Shown here piece by piece: positions 40,003 through 50,310 of a stretch of DNA of 64,000 nt. The DNA comes from Desulfatiglandales bacterium (GTDB lineage: Bacteria > Desulfobacterota > DSM-4660 > Desulfatiglandales > HGW-15). The DNA is taken from assembly GCA_963667015.2 (NCBI GenBank), contig CAXXJJ010000004.1:3776001-3840000 (forward strand), in the 5' to 3' direction. The translations under genes were made by a program, and so were the position numbers. How positions within the stretch are numbered: the first letter of the stretch is position 1; each line of letters opens with the position of its first letter. The notes below the pieces were generated by a model. The model searched no databases. It worked only from the letters and a program-made list of their open reading frames with translations, and was not told the DNA's origin.

Positions 40003-41232
40003 ATGAACAGATTTGGCTTTTCTAAAAAATGGTTAATCTGCTTTTTTACTTTGCTGACATTTGGATTATTCTTATCAGTAAATGCATCCGGCGAGGAATC
40101 TTTAGGTGCCTCCATTAAAAATGGAAAGGTAAACGGGGAACTTAAAATCTGGTACCAGACAAATGACAATGATCTCAGTGGCAACAGCTTTCTTGACAAG
40201 GAAAACAGCATATTTGATGCCGGACTAAATCTTGGCTATACAACCGCCGGCTTCAAGGGTTTTAATATTGGGATCAATTTTTATGCAATAAATGACCTGG
40301 GAGCCTACGACAATTTTGCAAATAGCAGTATCCACGGTGTTAACCACAGTGAGACGACATCATGGCTTGGAGAGGCCTTCATAGCCTATAACAAAGAAAA
40401 TACGACAGTAAAACTCGGAAGGCAGAATATAAAATCCCCGCTTATTAACAGCGACGGCTGGGCAGTTTTTCCCAACAGCTTTGAGGCAATATTCTTCCAA
40501 AATAAAAGTTTAAGCGATACCAGTATTGTTGCATCCTATGTCACAAGGGAAAGAACCCTCAAGAGCCATACCTTTGAGGATTTTGTAGATGATGGGGGTT
40601 TTATGCTGGGTGCAGAAAACAAATTCTTTAAGGATCTTGCCCTGAGCGGATATTATTACCATATAAAGGGAGCTTCAGATATAAACTCAATTTATCTTCA
40701 GGCCGTTACAGAATATAAAAAGATAAATGTTTCAACACAGTATATGTTCTTTGACTCGGATGCAGCCAATTCCGACTCAACAAATGCTGTTGGAGTCCTT
40801 GTGTCAACTAAGATAGGAAATGTTGACCTGTCGGGTGCAGTAAGTACTGTTGATAAAGGCACATTAAATGCCGCAAAATTTTCAGATAACGGAATAAAGA
40901 CACCTCTCTACACTGCATCCATTTGTGCTGACGGTGATATTGCCTCTGCCACTGATACCGATGCCCTCAAAGTTTCAATAGGGTTTTCGCCAATGGAAAA
41001 ACTCAGCATAACCGGCACATTCGGCTACTATGACCATGGCAGCCACTCCTCAGCCAGTCCGAACAATGCGTCAACATCCGCAGAACTTGTTCTTAAATAT
41101 ACAGGGTTTAAAAACATGACGATCTTTGCAGCCTATGTAAACTCGGATCACAACGGAGTAGGCGGATGGAAAGGATGCACCTCCGAGGACTCACTTAATA
41201 CTCTAAGGATATGGGCCAGCTATAAATTCTAG
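40003..41232 (+). CDS. Outer-membrane porin (OprD-like)
   Basis: Signal peptide, GKVNGELKIWY, LGEAFIAY...VKLGRQ, C-terminal ASYKF. Confidence 0.8.
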   Translation: MNRFGFSKKWLICFFTLLTFGLFLSVNASGEESLGASIKNGKVNGELKIWYQTNDNDLSGNSFLDKENSIFDAGLNLGYTTAGFKGFNIGINFYAINDLGAYDNFANSSIHGVNHSETTSWLGEAFIAYNKENTTVKLGRQNIKSPLINSDGWAVFPNSFEAIFFQNKSLSDTSIVASYVTRERTLKSHTFEDFVDDGGFMLGAENKFFKDLALSGYYYHIKGASDINSIYLQAVTEYKKINVSTQYMFFDSDAANSDSTNAVGVLVSTKIGNVDLSGAVSTVDKGTLNAAKFSDNGIKTPLYTASICADGDIASATDTDALKVSIGFSPMEKLSITGTFGYYDHGSHSSASPNNASTSAELVLKYTGFKNMTIFAAYVNSDHNGVGGWKGCTSEDSLNTLRIWASYKF

Positions 41233-41272
41233 ATATCTCTTCTGAAAAACTTGAAAGAAGGAAGGAGCTGTT

Positions 41273-42361
41273 ATGTCACAGATAAAAAATTTTTTTGCAA
41301 CCAGATGGGGAATTATAAGTGTGGGTGCCTTTATAGGTATTCTGGCAGCACTGCTCCAGAAATGGGGAAATCCCGGAAATATGGGAATTTGTGTTGCCTG
41401 TTTTAACAGGGATATTGCAGGCGCTGTCGGGCTTCACAGGGCCGCTGTAGTTCAGTATATGAGACCAGAAATCATCGGTTTTGTTATCGGCTCCCTGGCG
41501 GCTGCACTGATCTTTAATGAATACAAATCAAGGGCAGGATCTGCTCCAATAGTAAGGTTTTTTTTAGGGGCATTTGCAATGATAGGGGCGCTTGTCTTTC
41601 TGGGCTGTCCATGGCGCGGCCTGCTCAGGCTTGCAGGCGGGGACTGGAATGCAATACTGGGCTTAGCCGGCCTGGTGGTGGGTATCTGGATCGGGACCCT
41701 TTTTCTCAAAAACGGCTATAACCTTGGAAGGAGCCAAAAGACATATGCCTCGGTAGGTCTTCTCATGCCAATACTTATGGCAGGATTTCTTGCGCTCATG
41801 TTTATATTTCCACAGGTTGAAGGCCAGGATAAAAACGATATACTCTTTTACAGCCTGAAAGGCCCCGGCGCAATGCATGCCCCGCTCATTGTTGCTCTTG
41901 TTGTAGGTTTTTTTGTCGGCTTTATTGCACAGAGAAGCCGTTTCTGCACAATGGGTGCGTTTCGGGATCTTTTGCTTTTCAGGCAGGCCCATCTGCTGCT
42001 TGGTATTATATCCCTTGTTATAGCCGCATTTGTTGTAAACCTTATAGTAGGCCAGTTTAAACCCGGATTTGAAGGTCAACCCGTTGCCCATACAATGCAT
42101 ATATGGAATTTTGCAGGGATGGTTCTTGCAGGTCTGGCATTCGCACTCGCCGGAGGATGTCCCGGACGCCAGCTATTTCTGGCAGGAGAAGGAGACGGTG
42201 ATGCAGCAGTCTTCGTATTCGGGATGATCACGGGTGCCGCATTTGCTCATAATTTCGGACTGGCCAGTTCACCGAAAGGTGTTGGGGCACACGGGATCGC
42301 GGCTGTAATAATAGGTTTAATAGTCTGCCTGTATATTGGCTTTACAATGAGACAAAAATAA
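41273..42361 (+). CDS. yedE: YedE-family putative selenium/sulfur transporter
   Basis: GNPGNMGICVACF.RDIAG, FLGCPWR, QRSRFCTMG, LAGGCPGRQL; multiple TM helices. Confidence 0.9.
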   Translation: MSQIKNFFATRWGIISVGAFIGILAALLQKWGNPGNMGICVACFNRDIAGAVGLHRAAVVQYMRPEIIGFVIGSLAAALIFNEYKSRAGSAPIVRFFLGAFAMIGALVFLGCPWRGLLRLAGGDWNAILGLAGLVVGIWIGTLFLKNGYNLGRSQKTYASVGLLMPILMAGFLALMFIFPQVEGQDKNDILFYSLKGPGAMHAPLIVALVVGFFVGFIAQRSRFCTMGAFRDLLLFRQAHLLLGIISLVIAAFVVNLIVGQFKPGFEGQPVAHTMHIWNFAGMVLAGLAFALAGGCPGRQLFLAGEGDGDAAVFVFGMITGAAFAHNFGLASSPKGVGAHGIAAVIIGLIVCLYIGFTMRQK

Positions 42362-42378
42362 GTAAAAAGGAGGATATT

Positions 42379-42597
42379 ATGGGAACTACAATAGATGCAA
42401 GAGGTTTGAGTTGTCCTCAGCCTGTACTTATGACGCTCGACAATATCAAGAAACAGAATAATGGAGAAATGGAGATTCTTGTTGATACCGAAACCTCAAA
42501 AGAAAATGTAAGCAGGGCTGCTACCAGCAAAGGGTGGCAGGTAACAGATGTAAAAGAAGAAGACGAGTGTTTCAGAATCTCAATAAGCAAGGGTTGA
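42379..42597 (+). CDS. yedF: YedF/TusA (SirA-like) sulfur/selenium carrier
   Basis: IDARGLSCPQPVL motif, next to yedE. Confidence 0.85.
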   Translation: MGTTIDARGLSCPQPVLMTLDNIKKQNNGEMEILVDTETSKENVSRAATSKGWQVTDVKEEDECFRISISKG

Positions 42598-42599
42598 TT

Positions 42600-43151
42600 T
42601 TGGGTATTTTAAAAGCTCTAAAGAAAAAAATATCAGGGCCTGAAAAAATAACAAAAAATGATCTGGGGCTCTTTGTCTTTGAAAACACCAGCGAGGTAAT
42701 CCGAGCAGAAAAGATATTAAAGGCGAATGGCTGGGAAATAAGAGTAATGGGTCCTCCGCCCGAGATAAGGAGCGGGTGTGACCTTGTTATTGAGTTCCCC
42801 CTGATAGAAGAACTCAACATCATCAGGCTGCTTAATGATAAAAATCTCACACCCATTGAGGTCGTTCCGGTTAACAGTCCACTGTTAAAACCGGTTAATC
42901 TATTTCAGGTAAAGGATTTCGGAAAGCACCTCATGGTGAGGGCAGCCAACATGAAACTGACCATTGACAAGGAAACCCTGATGATAGTCAATATATCCGG
43001 AGGGGGCTGCCCTGACGTCCCCTATCTGGCCCACGAGATGGTGGGAAAAAATTTATCAGACGCCCCCGATCCGGAAGATATCGGGCATACCCTGTGCGGG
43101 TATGCCCTTAAACTCGCCTATGAGGAGATAAAAAAACAATGCTTGCAGTAG
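42600..43151 (+). CDS. DUF3343-domain protein
   Basis: FENTSEVIRAEK.LK...PPPEIRSGCDL, plus SGGGCPDVP and GHTLCG; likely TTG start at 42600. Confidence 0.78.
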   Translation: MGILKALKKKISGPEKITKNDLGLFVFENTSEVIRAEKILKANGWEIRVMGPPPEIRSGCDLVIEFPLIEELNIIRLLNDKNLTPIEVVPVNSPLLKPVNLFQVKDFGKHLMVRAANMKLTIDKETLMIVNISGGGCPDVPYLAHEMVGKNLSDAPDPEDIGHTLCGYALKLAYEEIKKQCLQ

Positions 43152-44002
43152 TGGGGACTGTCCCGATAAAGGGTTTTCCTCTTGTAGCAGGAGAAGTGAC
43201 CCTTGAGGATTATTCTATTGTTATAGAAGGACACAAGGTTCCGGTAAACCGCGGCACCCCGGCATTGATAGGGGCATCAATAGAAACCGCCCGGGTAAAG
43301 GGCGATGATAAGATGTTCGCATTTCTTGTGGGGGATATCGGGCTTGGAGACGGAAGCAGGAAACTTTATAAATATCTTTCCGAAAATTTAAGCAAATATG
43401 ATTTTGATGTGATTACCTTTCATTATCTTCAGCCTGATACTGACTGGCATAACAGGGTCCTGTTTTCTTTGGAAGATATGAAAAAGAGACCGTTTCTTAT
43501 TGCTGATGCAGGATTTATGTATGCAGCAAAAATGAGCGGGCAGGCTTCTGAATATGACCTTTTTACCCCGGATGCAGGAGAACTGGCCTTTCTTGCAGAT
43601 GAAGAAGCCCCTCATCCCTTTTATACAAGGGGATTTATCCTCCACGAGGACAATAATACCCCGGACCTGATAAGCCGCGCCTACAGCCATGATAATGCGG
43701 CAAAATATCTCCTGGTAAAAGGAAAAAAAGATTATATTGCAAATAACAAAGGGATTATAGGCCATGTTGAAGAACCCTCGGAAGAGACAATGGAGGCAAT
43801 AGGCGGAACAGGCGATACCCTGACCGGTATAGTCTCTTCCCTTATAGCATCAGGCATGGAAACAGTTGAGGCATCCATATCAGCGGCCAGGATAAACAGG
43901 CTGGCAGGTCATTATACAAAACCTGACCCGTCCACGCAGATCATGGATATCATCAGAAATATTTCCTCTTCCGCAGAGACGGCCGATCGGGCAAAGGTAT
44001 AA
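43139..44002 (+). CDS. Ribokinase-superfamily (carbohydrate kinase / NAD(P)H-hydrate dehydratase-like) protein
   Basis: LIADAG, FTPDAGELAFL, LLVKG, GGTGDTLTG. Confidence 0.8.
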   Translation: MLAVVGTVPIKGFPLVAGEVTLEDYSIVIEGHKVPVNRGTPALIGASIETARVKGDDKMFAFLVGDIGLGDGSRKLYKYLSENLSKYDFDVITFHYLQPDTDWHNRVLFSLEDMKKRPFLIADAGFMYAAKMSGQASEYDLFTPDAGELAFLADEEAPHPFYTRGFILHEDNNTPDLISRAYSHDNAAKYLLVKGKKDYIANNKGIIGHVEEPSEETMEAIGGTGDTLTGIVSSLIASGMETVEASISAARINRLAGHYTKPDPSTQIMDIIRNISSSAETADRAKV

Positions 44003-44006
44003 ATAT

Positions 44007-44231
44007 ATGGAAAAAAATAAAATAAAAATTTCCCCGGATATGACCGTGCTCGATATTGTATCAAACAATAAAAACACAATTGAAATATTCCAAGGCTATG
44101 ATGAACAGGCAGGTGAATGCATATGCTGCGAATCCCTTTTTGAAACCCTTGACAAGGTAGCGGAGAAATATGGTATTGACCATAATAAATTATTAAATGA
44201 CCTTAATGCCGTGTGTCCTGAAGACACTTGA
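44007..44231 (+). CDS. Small Cys-containing protein (DUF1858/ScdA-N-like)
   Basis: ISPDMTVLDIV...GECICCESLFETL..VAEKYGID...LLNDLN. Confidence 0.7.
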   Translation: MEKNKIKISPDMTVLDIVSNNKNTIEIFQGYDEQAGECICCESLFETLDKVAEKYGIDHNKLLNDLNAVCPEDT

Positions 44232-44263
44232 TCGGGAGTCGCTACAGGGGATGGAAAAGCAGA

Positions 44264-45070
44264 ATGAAAGATAATAAGATTTTTTTTGCAGGGATTGATA
44301 TCGGTTCCATGACCACAAAGTGTGTAATCATGGGTAACAACGGGGTAACAGGCAGTATTGTCTTACCTACAGATTCAGCACCAAAGGTTTCCGGTGTAAA
44401 TGCGCTGGAAACAGTATTGACTAAAATCGGCATAGACAGATCATCTGTTTCTTATATTGTAGGAACCGGTTACGGCAGGATATCCCTTGACCTTTTTGAC
44501 CATACGGCAACAGAACTTACATGCCATGCAAAGGGCGTAATGCATGTGAACCGTGATGTTTATGGAATCATTGATATCGGCGGCCAGGACAGTAAGGCCA
44601 TAAAGCTTAAACCAGACGGCACCATAATGGATTTTGTTTTAAATGACAGGTGCGCTGCAGGTACCGGTCGTTTTCTTGAGGTAATGGCCAATGCCCTTAA
44701 ACTGGATTTAGATGAATTTGGCGAACTGTACGAAAAGTCCGATAGTCCCTGCCCCATAAACAGTACCTGTATTGTATTTGCCGAATCAGAGGTAATATCA
44801 CTTTCCGCACAGGGTGAATCAAAGACCGACATAGCGGCAGGCCTTCATCAGAGCATTGCAAAACGAGTTGGGAATATGGCAAAAAGACTCGGCATAAAAG
44901 AGAAGATAGCGTTTGTCGGCGGGGTGGCAAAAAACAATGGTATGAGACGCGCGCTTGAGGATTACATGGGGATAAAATTTGTTTCCCTTTCAGGCGATCC
45001 CCAGATTACCGGGGCATTAGGAGCAGCAGTCATTGCACGGAATCAGTTTGTTAAGAGACATGAAAACTAA
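44264..45070 (+). CDS. Acyl-CoA dehydratase activase / DCCP reductase (ASKHA ATPase, 4Fe-4S)
   Basis: GIDIGSMTTK, TGYGR, ELTCHAKG, DIGGQDSK, NDRCAAGTGRFLE, STCIVFAESEVI. Confidence 0.93.
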   Translation: MKDNKIFFAGIDIGSMTTKCVIMGNNGVTGSIVLPTDSAPKVSGVNALETVLTKIGIDRSSVSYIVGTGYGRISLDLFDHTATELTCHAKGVMHVNRDVYGIIDIGGQDSKAIKLKPDGTIMDFVLNDRCAAGTGRFLEVMANALKLDLDEFGELYEKSDSPCPINSTCIVFAESEVISLSAQGESKTDIAAGLHQSIAKRVGNMAKRLGIKEKIAFVGGVAKNNGMRRALEDYMGIKFVSLSGDPQITGALGAAVIARNQFVKRHEN

Positions 45071-45094
45071 TAATTTATAAAACGGGATGTCCCA

Positions 45095-46738
45095 TTACTC
45101 AATATCACTATCAAATACTATTGTTCTGTTCCTTCCCTCTTCCTTTGCCTGGTAAAGGGCCTTGTCTGCCTGTTCTATAATTATACCCCTGTCACACTTT
45201 TTATCGCTTTTATACTGGGCTATTCCTATGCTCACAGTAATATTCATGTGTACCGAATTATATGTGAAATCATAAGACTCAACCAGCTCCCGGAATCTTT
45301 CACACATGACACCCGCTTCTTCTATGTTTGTATGGGGCAGTAGAACGGCAAATTCCTCACCACCATAGCGGCAGGCTATATCATTGTCACGAATAGACTC
45401 TTTGAGCAGGTTCCCGATTTTTGAAAGGACTTTATCCCCTGCCAGATGGCCATGGGTGTCATTAACCACCTTAAAATGGTCAATATCAAAAATACACAGG
45501 ACCAGGGCTGTCCTGTATCTTTGAGACCGGGCCATTTCAGTCTCAATGGCATCAATAAAATAACGCCGGTTATACAGTCCGGTCAGTTCATCCCGAACAG
45601 ACATATCTACCATTCTGTTATAGGCTTCCTTTACCTGTCTTTTGAGCTGGGCCTTTTCAAGGGTGTTCATAATGGTTCTTGAAAGGGAATTACTGTTCAG
45701 GCTGTCTTTCGGGAGGTAATCATAGGCACCCGCCTGAATGATCTTCGAGGCGATCACCTCATTACCCTTTCCTGTTATGATAACTGCCGGAATTTCGCAC
45801 TGCTCTTCCTTCATTCTTTCCAGCATTTCAAAGGCATTCCCGTCAGGCAGGTAATAATCCAGCAGCATCAGATCAAGCTGCTTCTTTTTCATGATACTAA
45901 AGGTTTCCTCAATACTTTTTACCCTGTTAATATTGATATTATTGCTTTCCGTTAAAATATTATTGATTAACTCAAAATCATCATCCGCTTCTTCTACTAC
46001 CAGGATATTTATTTTTTGCTCAATATTTATAATTGAGACGCCGCGCGAGTATGGAATTACATCATCATACCTGATTGTCTGAATTTTCTGGACTATCCCT
46101 GATATCCGGTTGGTTGCTTCCTCTATTTTTCCAACATATTCAAGGATTGTATCAGGATTCTTTTCCATTTTTATTAGATCAACCGTTCCCAGAAGTCCCA
46201 TTAAGGGCTGATTGAGTTCATGGGCAGTTGCCCCTGAAAGCTGGAGAAGCACTTTTAATCTTTCTTCTTCAATAATTGACCTCTGCTGATCAAGAATCTT
46301 TCTATTGGCATCCCTCAGCTCTTCATTTGTTATCTCAAGCGCCTTCCTCTGGTTGTACTGTTCCAGGAAAATTTTGACCTTCCCCTTGAGGGTATGAGGA
46401 TTAAAGGGTTTAAAGATATAGTCAACCGCACCGGCTTCATAGCCCCTGAATATATTTTCCGGACTTTTACTGATAGCTGTAACAAAAATAATCGGAATGT
46501 GCTTTGTCTTTGCACTGCCCCGCATTAACTCTGCAGTCTCAAAACCATCCATCTCTGGCATCTGTACGTCCATGAGGACAAGGGCAAAATCATTGTCAAG
46601 CATACAGGAAAGCGCCTCATTACCGGATCTGGCGCTTACTGTTGTGGCGTTAAGGTCTTTAAGAATACCTTCGAGCACCGTAATATTAGTAGACAGGTCA
46701 TCCACAATGAGAATTTTCGGCTTCTCGGAATTTGCCAT
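45095..46738 (-). CDS. Diguanylate cyclase (REC-HisKA-like-REC-GGDEF)
   Basis: Two REC domains, ATAHELNQPL, DELTGLYNRR, RYGGEEF with RDND I-site. Confidence 0.92.
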   Translation of the reverse strand: MANSEKPKILIVDDLSTNITVLEGILKDLNATTVSARSGNEALSCMLDNDFALVLMDVQMPEMDGFETAELMRGSAKTKHIPIIFVTAISKSPENIFRGYEAGAVDYIFKPFNPHTLKGKVKIFLEQYNQRKALEITNEELRDANRKILDQQRSIIEEERLKVLLQLSGATAHELNQPLMGLLGTVDLIKMEKNPDTILEYVGKIEEATNRISGIVQKIQTIRYDDVIPYSRGVSIINIEQKINILVVEEADDDFELINNILTESNNININRVKSIEETFSIMKKKQLDLMLLDYYLPDGNAFEMLERMKEEQCEIPAVIITGKGNEVIASKIIQAGAYDYLPKDSLNSNSLSRTIMNTLEKAQLKRQVKEAYNRMVDMSVRDELTGLYNRRYFIDAIETEMARSQRYRTALVLCIFDIDHFKVVNDTHGHLAGDKVLSKIGNLLKESIRDNDIACRYGGEEFAVLLPHTNIEEAGVMCERFRELVESYDFTYNSVHMNITVSIGIAQYKSDKKCDRGIIIEQADKALYQAKEEGRNRTIVFDSDIE

Positions 46739-46755
46739 AGCGGCTCCTTTTTTCG

Positions 46756-49700
46756 TTAATAAAGCCATGCTCTAAGTATAGAAAACAACCTCTCCTTTTC
46801 AAAGGGTTTGGAGAGATAATCACTTGCCCCGGCCTCCAGACATTTTGCACGATCGCCCTTCATCGCCTTGGCTGTAAGAGAAATAATGGGCAGGCTTGCA
46901 AAAATTTTCTGTTTCCGGATTTTTTTAATTGCTGTAAAGCCATCCATCTCCGGCATCATCATATCCATTATGACAAGATCAATATCATGGTTATTTCTTA
47001 GACAGTCCAGGGCTTCATAGCCGTTCTTTGCTACAAGAACCCTCATGCCTTTCTGCTCCAGGATATTTGTCACCACGAAAACATTGCGCATATCATCATC
47101 TGTAAGAAGTATCTTTTTATCCTTAAATATTGACTCCTTATCATTGATAAGCCGCAGCATCTTTCTTTTTTCTTCAGGAAGCTTTGATTCTGCCAGATGT
47201 ATGTACAAAGAGACTTCTGCCAATAGTTTTGCAGGGGAATTTACGCCTTTTACGATAATGCTTTCTGTATATTCATCAAGGATTGCCCGTTCATGGGCAG
47301 TGAGTTTTTTTCCAGTGTACACAATAATAGGAGAAGCAAACCTGGACCGGTTATTTTTTATTGCTGAAAGTATCTCAAAACCGGACATGTCCGGAAGCGA
47401 TAGATCCAGAATAACACAATCAAAACCTGTATCTGCGAGCTTTTCCATTGCCTCTTCGCCGGTTGATACGTTGACTATCCTGACACCCGTGCCATCAAAC
47501 AGTTTTTCTATTATTTTTCTTGTAACCAGATTATCTTCAACTAAAAGAATACTTTTATCAGATTTTGAAATTATCTTTTCAATATCTGTGAACAGTTTTT
47601 CCAGGTCTTCCATGCTGACAGGCTTTTGTATAAAATCTGCAGCCCCCATCTTCATGGCTTCACGTGAACTGTCAGACGCCGAAATAAAATAAACCGGTAT
47701 ATGTCTAGTTTCATTATTTTCCTTAAGGCGCGTCATTACGGTCCAGCCGTTGACAACAGGAAGCTTTATATCCAGAATTATAGCAGAAGGTTTATAAATT
47801 TCTGCTAGATGAAGGCCGGCCTTACCGTCCTGTTCAATAACAACTTTTAATCCCTTTTTTCGGAAAAAATCTCTCAGGGCTTCAGTAAACTTTGGATCAT
47901 CATCGATTATCAAAATTGAATTATCATTTTCCGATATTCCATCCCGATCATCAGATACGATCTGACCAGTTTTATCCGTCTTTTCATGTTTTTTTCCTGC
48001 GGCTGTATCCTGTAACGGATCATTTCTATCGGACAACCCATTGATAACATCATCTGTAACCAGAGAGAGCCTCGGTGATTCCGGAAGGTATAAAATAAAG
48101 GTAGCCCCTTTCCCAGACTTGCTTTCAGCCTGTATTTCACCTCCGAGGATGCCGGCAAGCTCCTTTGATATTGATAATCCCAAACCGGTACCTCCATATT
48201 TTCTGCTTGTAGAACCATCTGCCTGCTGAAAGGCGTCAAAAATAAGACTAAGTTTTTCTTTGGGGATGCCAATACCTGTATCGGAAACAGCAAAGGAAAT
48301 GCATTGATCATGCCTTAATCCGCTCAGGGACAGATCTGTTTTTCTGTCCGGCCTGCTGATCCTTAGCTCTATTCCTCCACGCGATGTGAATTTGAATGCA
48401 TTTGATAACAGATTTTTTAAGACCTGTTCAATTCTCTGGCTGTCAGACCGTATTACCGGGGGAAGGCCATCATCTATAGATATAGTGAAACTTATATTTT
48501 TCTCCGCTACAACCGGTTTAAAATTCCTTTCGACCGCGTTTGTTATTTCAATTAACGGAACATCCTCAATATTCAGTTCTACTTTTCCGGATTCAACCTT
48601 TGAAAGATCAAGTATCTCATTTATAAGTTTTAACAGATCATATCCCGAAGACTGAACGGATTTTGCATATTCAACCTGCTTTTCTGTCAGATTTTCATCC
48701 CTGTTGTCTGAAAGAAGCTGAGATAAAAGGATAATGCTGTTGAGCGGAGTTCTTAACTCATGAGACATGTTTGCCAGAAACTGGGATTTATACTGACTTG
48801 CAATCTCAACTTCCTTTGCCCTGTCTTCAAGGAGCCGACGCGCTTCTTCCAGTGCGAGGTTTTTCACTTTCATATCTTCTTTCTGTTTTTCCAGGATCTG
48901 CGTCTGCTCTTTCAGCACCTCATTCTTTTGTTTTAATTCTTCCTGCTGTATCTTGAGCCTTTCCTCAGATTCTTTGTGGGCCTTTGTCTCTTCCTCAAGT
49001 TTTTCATTAGCCTTCCTCAGGTCCTCCTGCTGTTTTTTAAGTTCCTCTGCCTGCGATAGAGTCTTTTCAAGAAATTCATCCATTTTCTGTCGCGACTGGG
49101 CATTATCCAGGGCTATTGCTATACTTTTTGAGAGAAAATCAAATAAATCCCTGATTCTTTCAGGAAAGCCATATATAGTTCCCACCTCAATAATAACCAT
49201 GGTATCTCCATTATCATCAGGGATGGGTACTATTAAGATGTTTCTGGGGACCATTTCTCCCAGGCCTGAACTGATGGTTAAATGATCGTCAGGGACATCC
49301 GTGAGATTAATAATTATTTTTTCAAGTGCTACCTGACCCAGGAGTCCTTCCCCTGGTTTGAACTCTTCGGCATTGCTGTTTTTGCTTCGCGCATATGCGT
49401 AGCTTCCATATAATCTGAATGTACTGTTTTCCCGGATATATATTATACCGGTTTGGGCGTTAACGTATTCGCAAACAAATGTAATTATCCTGCCGCAAAG
49501 ATCAGTGACACCCTGAGCCTTTCTCATCCCCTCAATAAGTGCAAACCGCCCGTTATTAAGCCAGGCCTGATAATCATTTTCTTCCATGGCATCTTTCAAT
49601 TTCAATATTATATCATTGAGAGATAATGCCAGTGCCCCGATCTCATTATCTGTACTGATTTCTATTATCTGGTCAAATTTACCCGATGCCGCCTGTCTGG

Positions 49701-49950
49701 CGCTCCTTAAGAGCTTTTCAATGGGGTCAGAAATACCTTTAGCCGCAATAAAGGCCAGTAAAGTGACAAAAATTATAAGTAGAACAATAAGATATATTGA
49801 AGCATGCGCATAATCGAAATACCGGTCAACAACTATAGGAATTAATGCAATTACCAAAAACCATAACAGAAGAGATTTAAATAATCTACCGGCATAGAAC
49901 AAACTAAAAATTACAGATCTGTCTTTATCATTGCTGTCATTGGCAGTCAT
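46756..49950 (-). CDS. Hybrid histidine kinase (HAMP-GAF-HisKA-HATPase-3xREC)
   Basis: FLANMSHELRTPL, GGTGLGL, three REC domains. Confidence 0.93.
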   Translation of the reverse strand: MTANDSNDKDRSVIFSLFYAGRLFKSLLLWFLVIALIPIVVDRYFDYAHASIYLIVLLIIFVTLLAFIAAKGISDPIEKLLRSARQAASGKFDQIIEISTDNEIGALALSLNDIILKLKDAMEENDYQAWLNNGRFALIEGMRKAQGVTDLCGRIITFVCEYVNAQTGIIYIRENSTFRLYGSYAYARSKNSNAEEFKPGEGLLGQVALEKIIINLTDVPDDHLTISSGLGEMVPRNILIVPIPDDNGDTMVIIEVGTIYGFPERIRDLFDFLSKSIAIALDNAQSRQKMDEFLEKTLSQAEELKKQQEDLRKANEKLEEETKAHKESEERLKIQQEELKQKNEVLKEQTQILEKQKEDMKVKNLALEEARRLLEDRAKEVEIASQYKSQFLANMSHELRTPLNSIILLSQLLSDNRDENLTEKQVEYAKSVQSSGYDLLKLINEILDLSKVESGKVELNIEDVPLIEITNAVERNFKPVVAEKNISFTISIDDGLPPVIRSDSQRIEQVLKNLLSNAFKFTSRGGIELRISRPDRKTDLSLSGLRHDQCISFAVSDTGIGIPKEKLSLIFDAFQQADGSTSRKYGGTGLGLSISKELAGILGGEIQAESKSGKGATFILYLPESPRLSLVTDDVINGLSDRNDPLQDTAAGKKHEKTDKTGQIVSDDRDGISENDNSILIIDDDPKFTEALRDFFRKKGLKVVIEQDGKAGLHLAEIYKPSAIILDIKLPVVNGWTVMTRLKENNETRHIPVYFISASDSSREAMKMGAADFIQKPVSMEDLEKLFTDIEKIISKSDKSILLVEDNLVTRKIIEKLFDGTGVRIVNVSTGEEAMEKLADTGFDCVILDLSLPDMSGFEILSAIKNNRSRFASPIIVYTGKKLTAHERAILDEYTESIIVKGVNSPAKLLAEVSLYIHLAESKLPEEKRKMLRLINDKESIFKDKKILLTDDDMRNVFVVTNILEQKGMRVLVAKNGYEALDCLRNNHDIDLVIMDMMMPEMDGFTAIKKIRKQKIFASLPIISLTAKAMKGDRAKCLEAGASDYLSKPFEKERLFSILRAWLY

Positions 49951-50090
49951 TATGTGTCAATTCCTGTCTCAAAGATGTTACAAAAAACTATATTTTAATT
50001 CATTAATAAGACATAATGCTTTATGATAAGGCTTAATTAGTTTCCAATTAGTGCCTCAAAACTGTTTATGGATGGGCACTAATTAAATAT

Positions 50091-50106
50091 AGCAAAATCC
50101 CTGCCA
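50091..50106 (-). promoter_or_regulatory. sigma54 promoter of the kinase/diguanylate cyclase pair
   Basis: Minus strand TGGCAGGGATTTTGCT (GG-N10-GC). Confidence 0.7.
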
Positions 50107-50310
50107 AAATCTTTTTAAGACATTTTTTATGAATTAAATTAACAAGTTATACAAATAACAAAGGCATATTTCAGAAAGAATTGAAAAATATAAACTAATA
50201 GGCATGATTTATGTCAAAATATTGACCTAAAATTAATTAACCTGTTGAGATTACAGAAAAGCCGGTAGATGCTGTCATTCCTGATTAATGAAGAAAGGGT
50301 TGTCTTTATT

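Noticed and set aside
44229..44267. Readthrough of the TGA of ORF 44007-44231 (CPEDT-U-SGVATGDGKAE), ending in an ATGA overlap with the activase
   Set aside because: Only a weak, mismatched hairpin follows, the domain appears complete, and the overlap can be chance.
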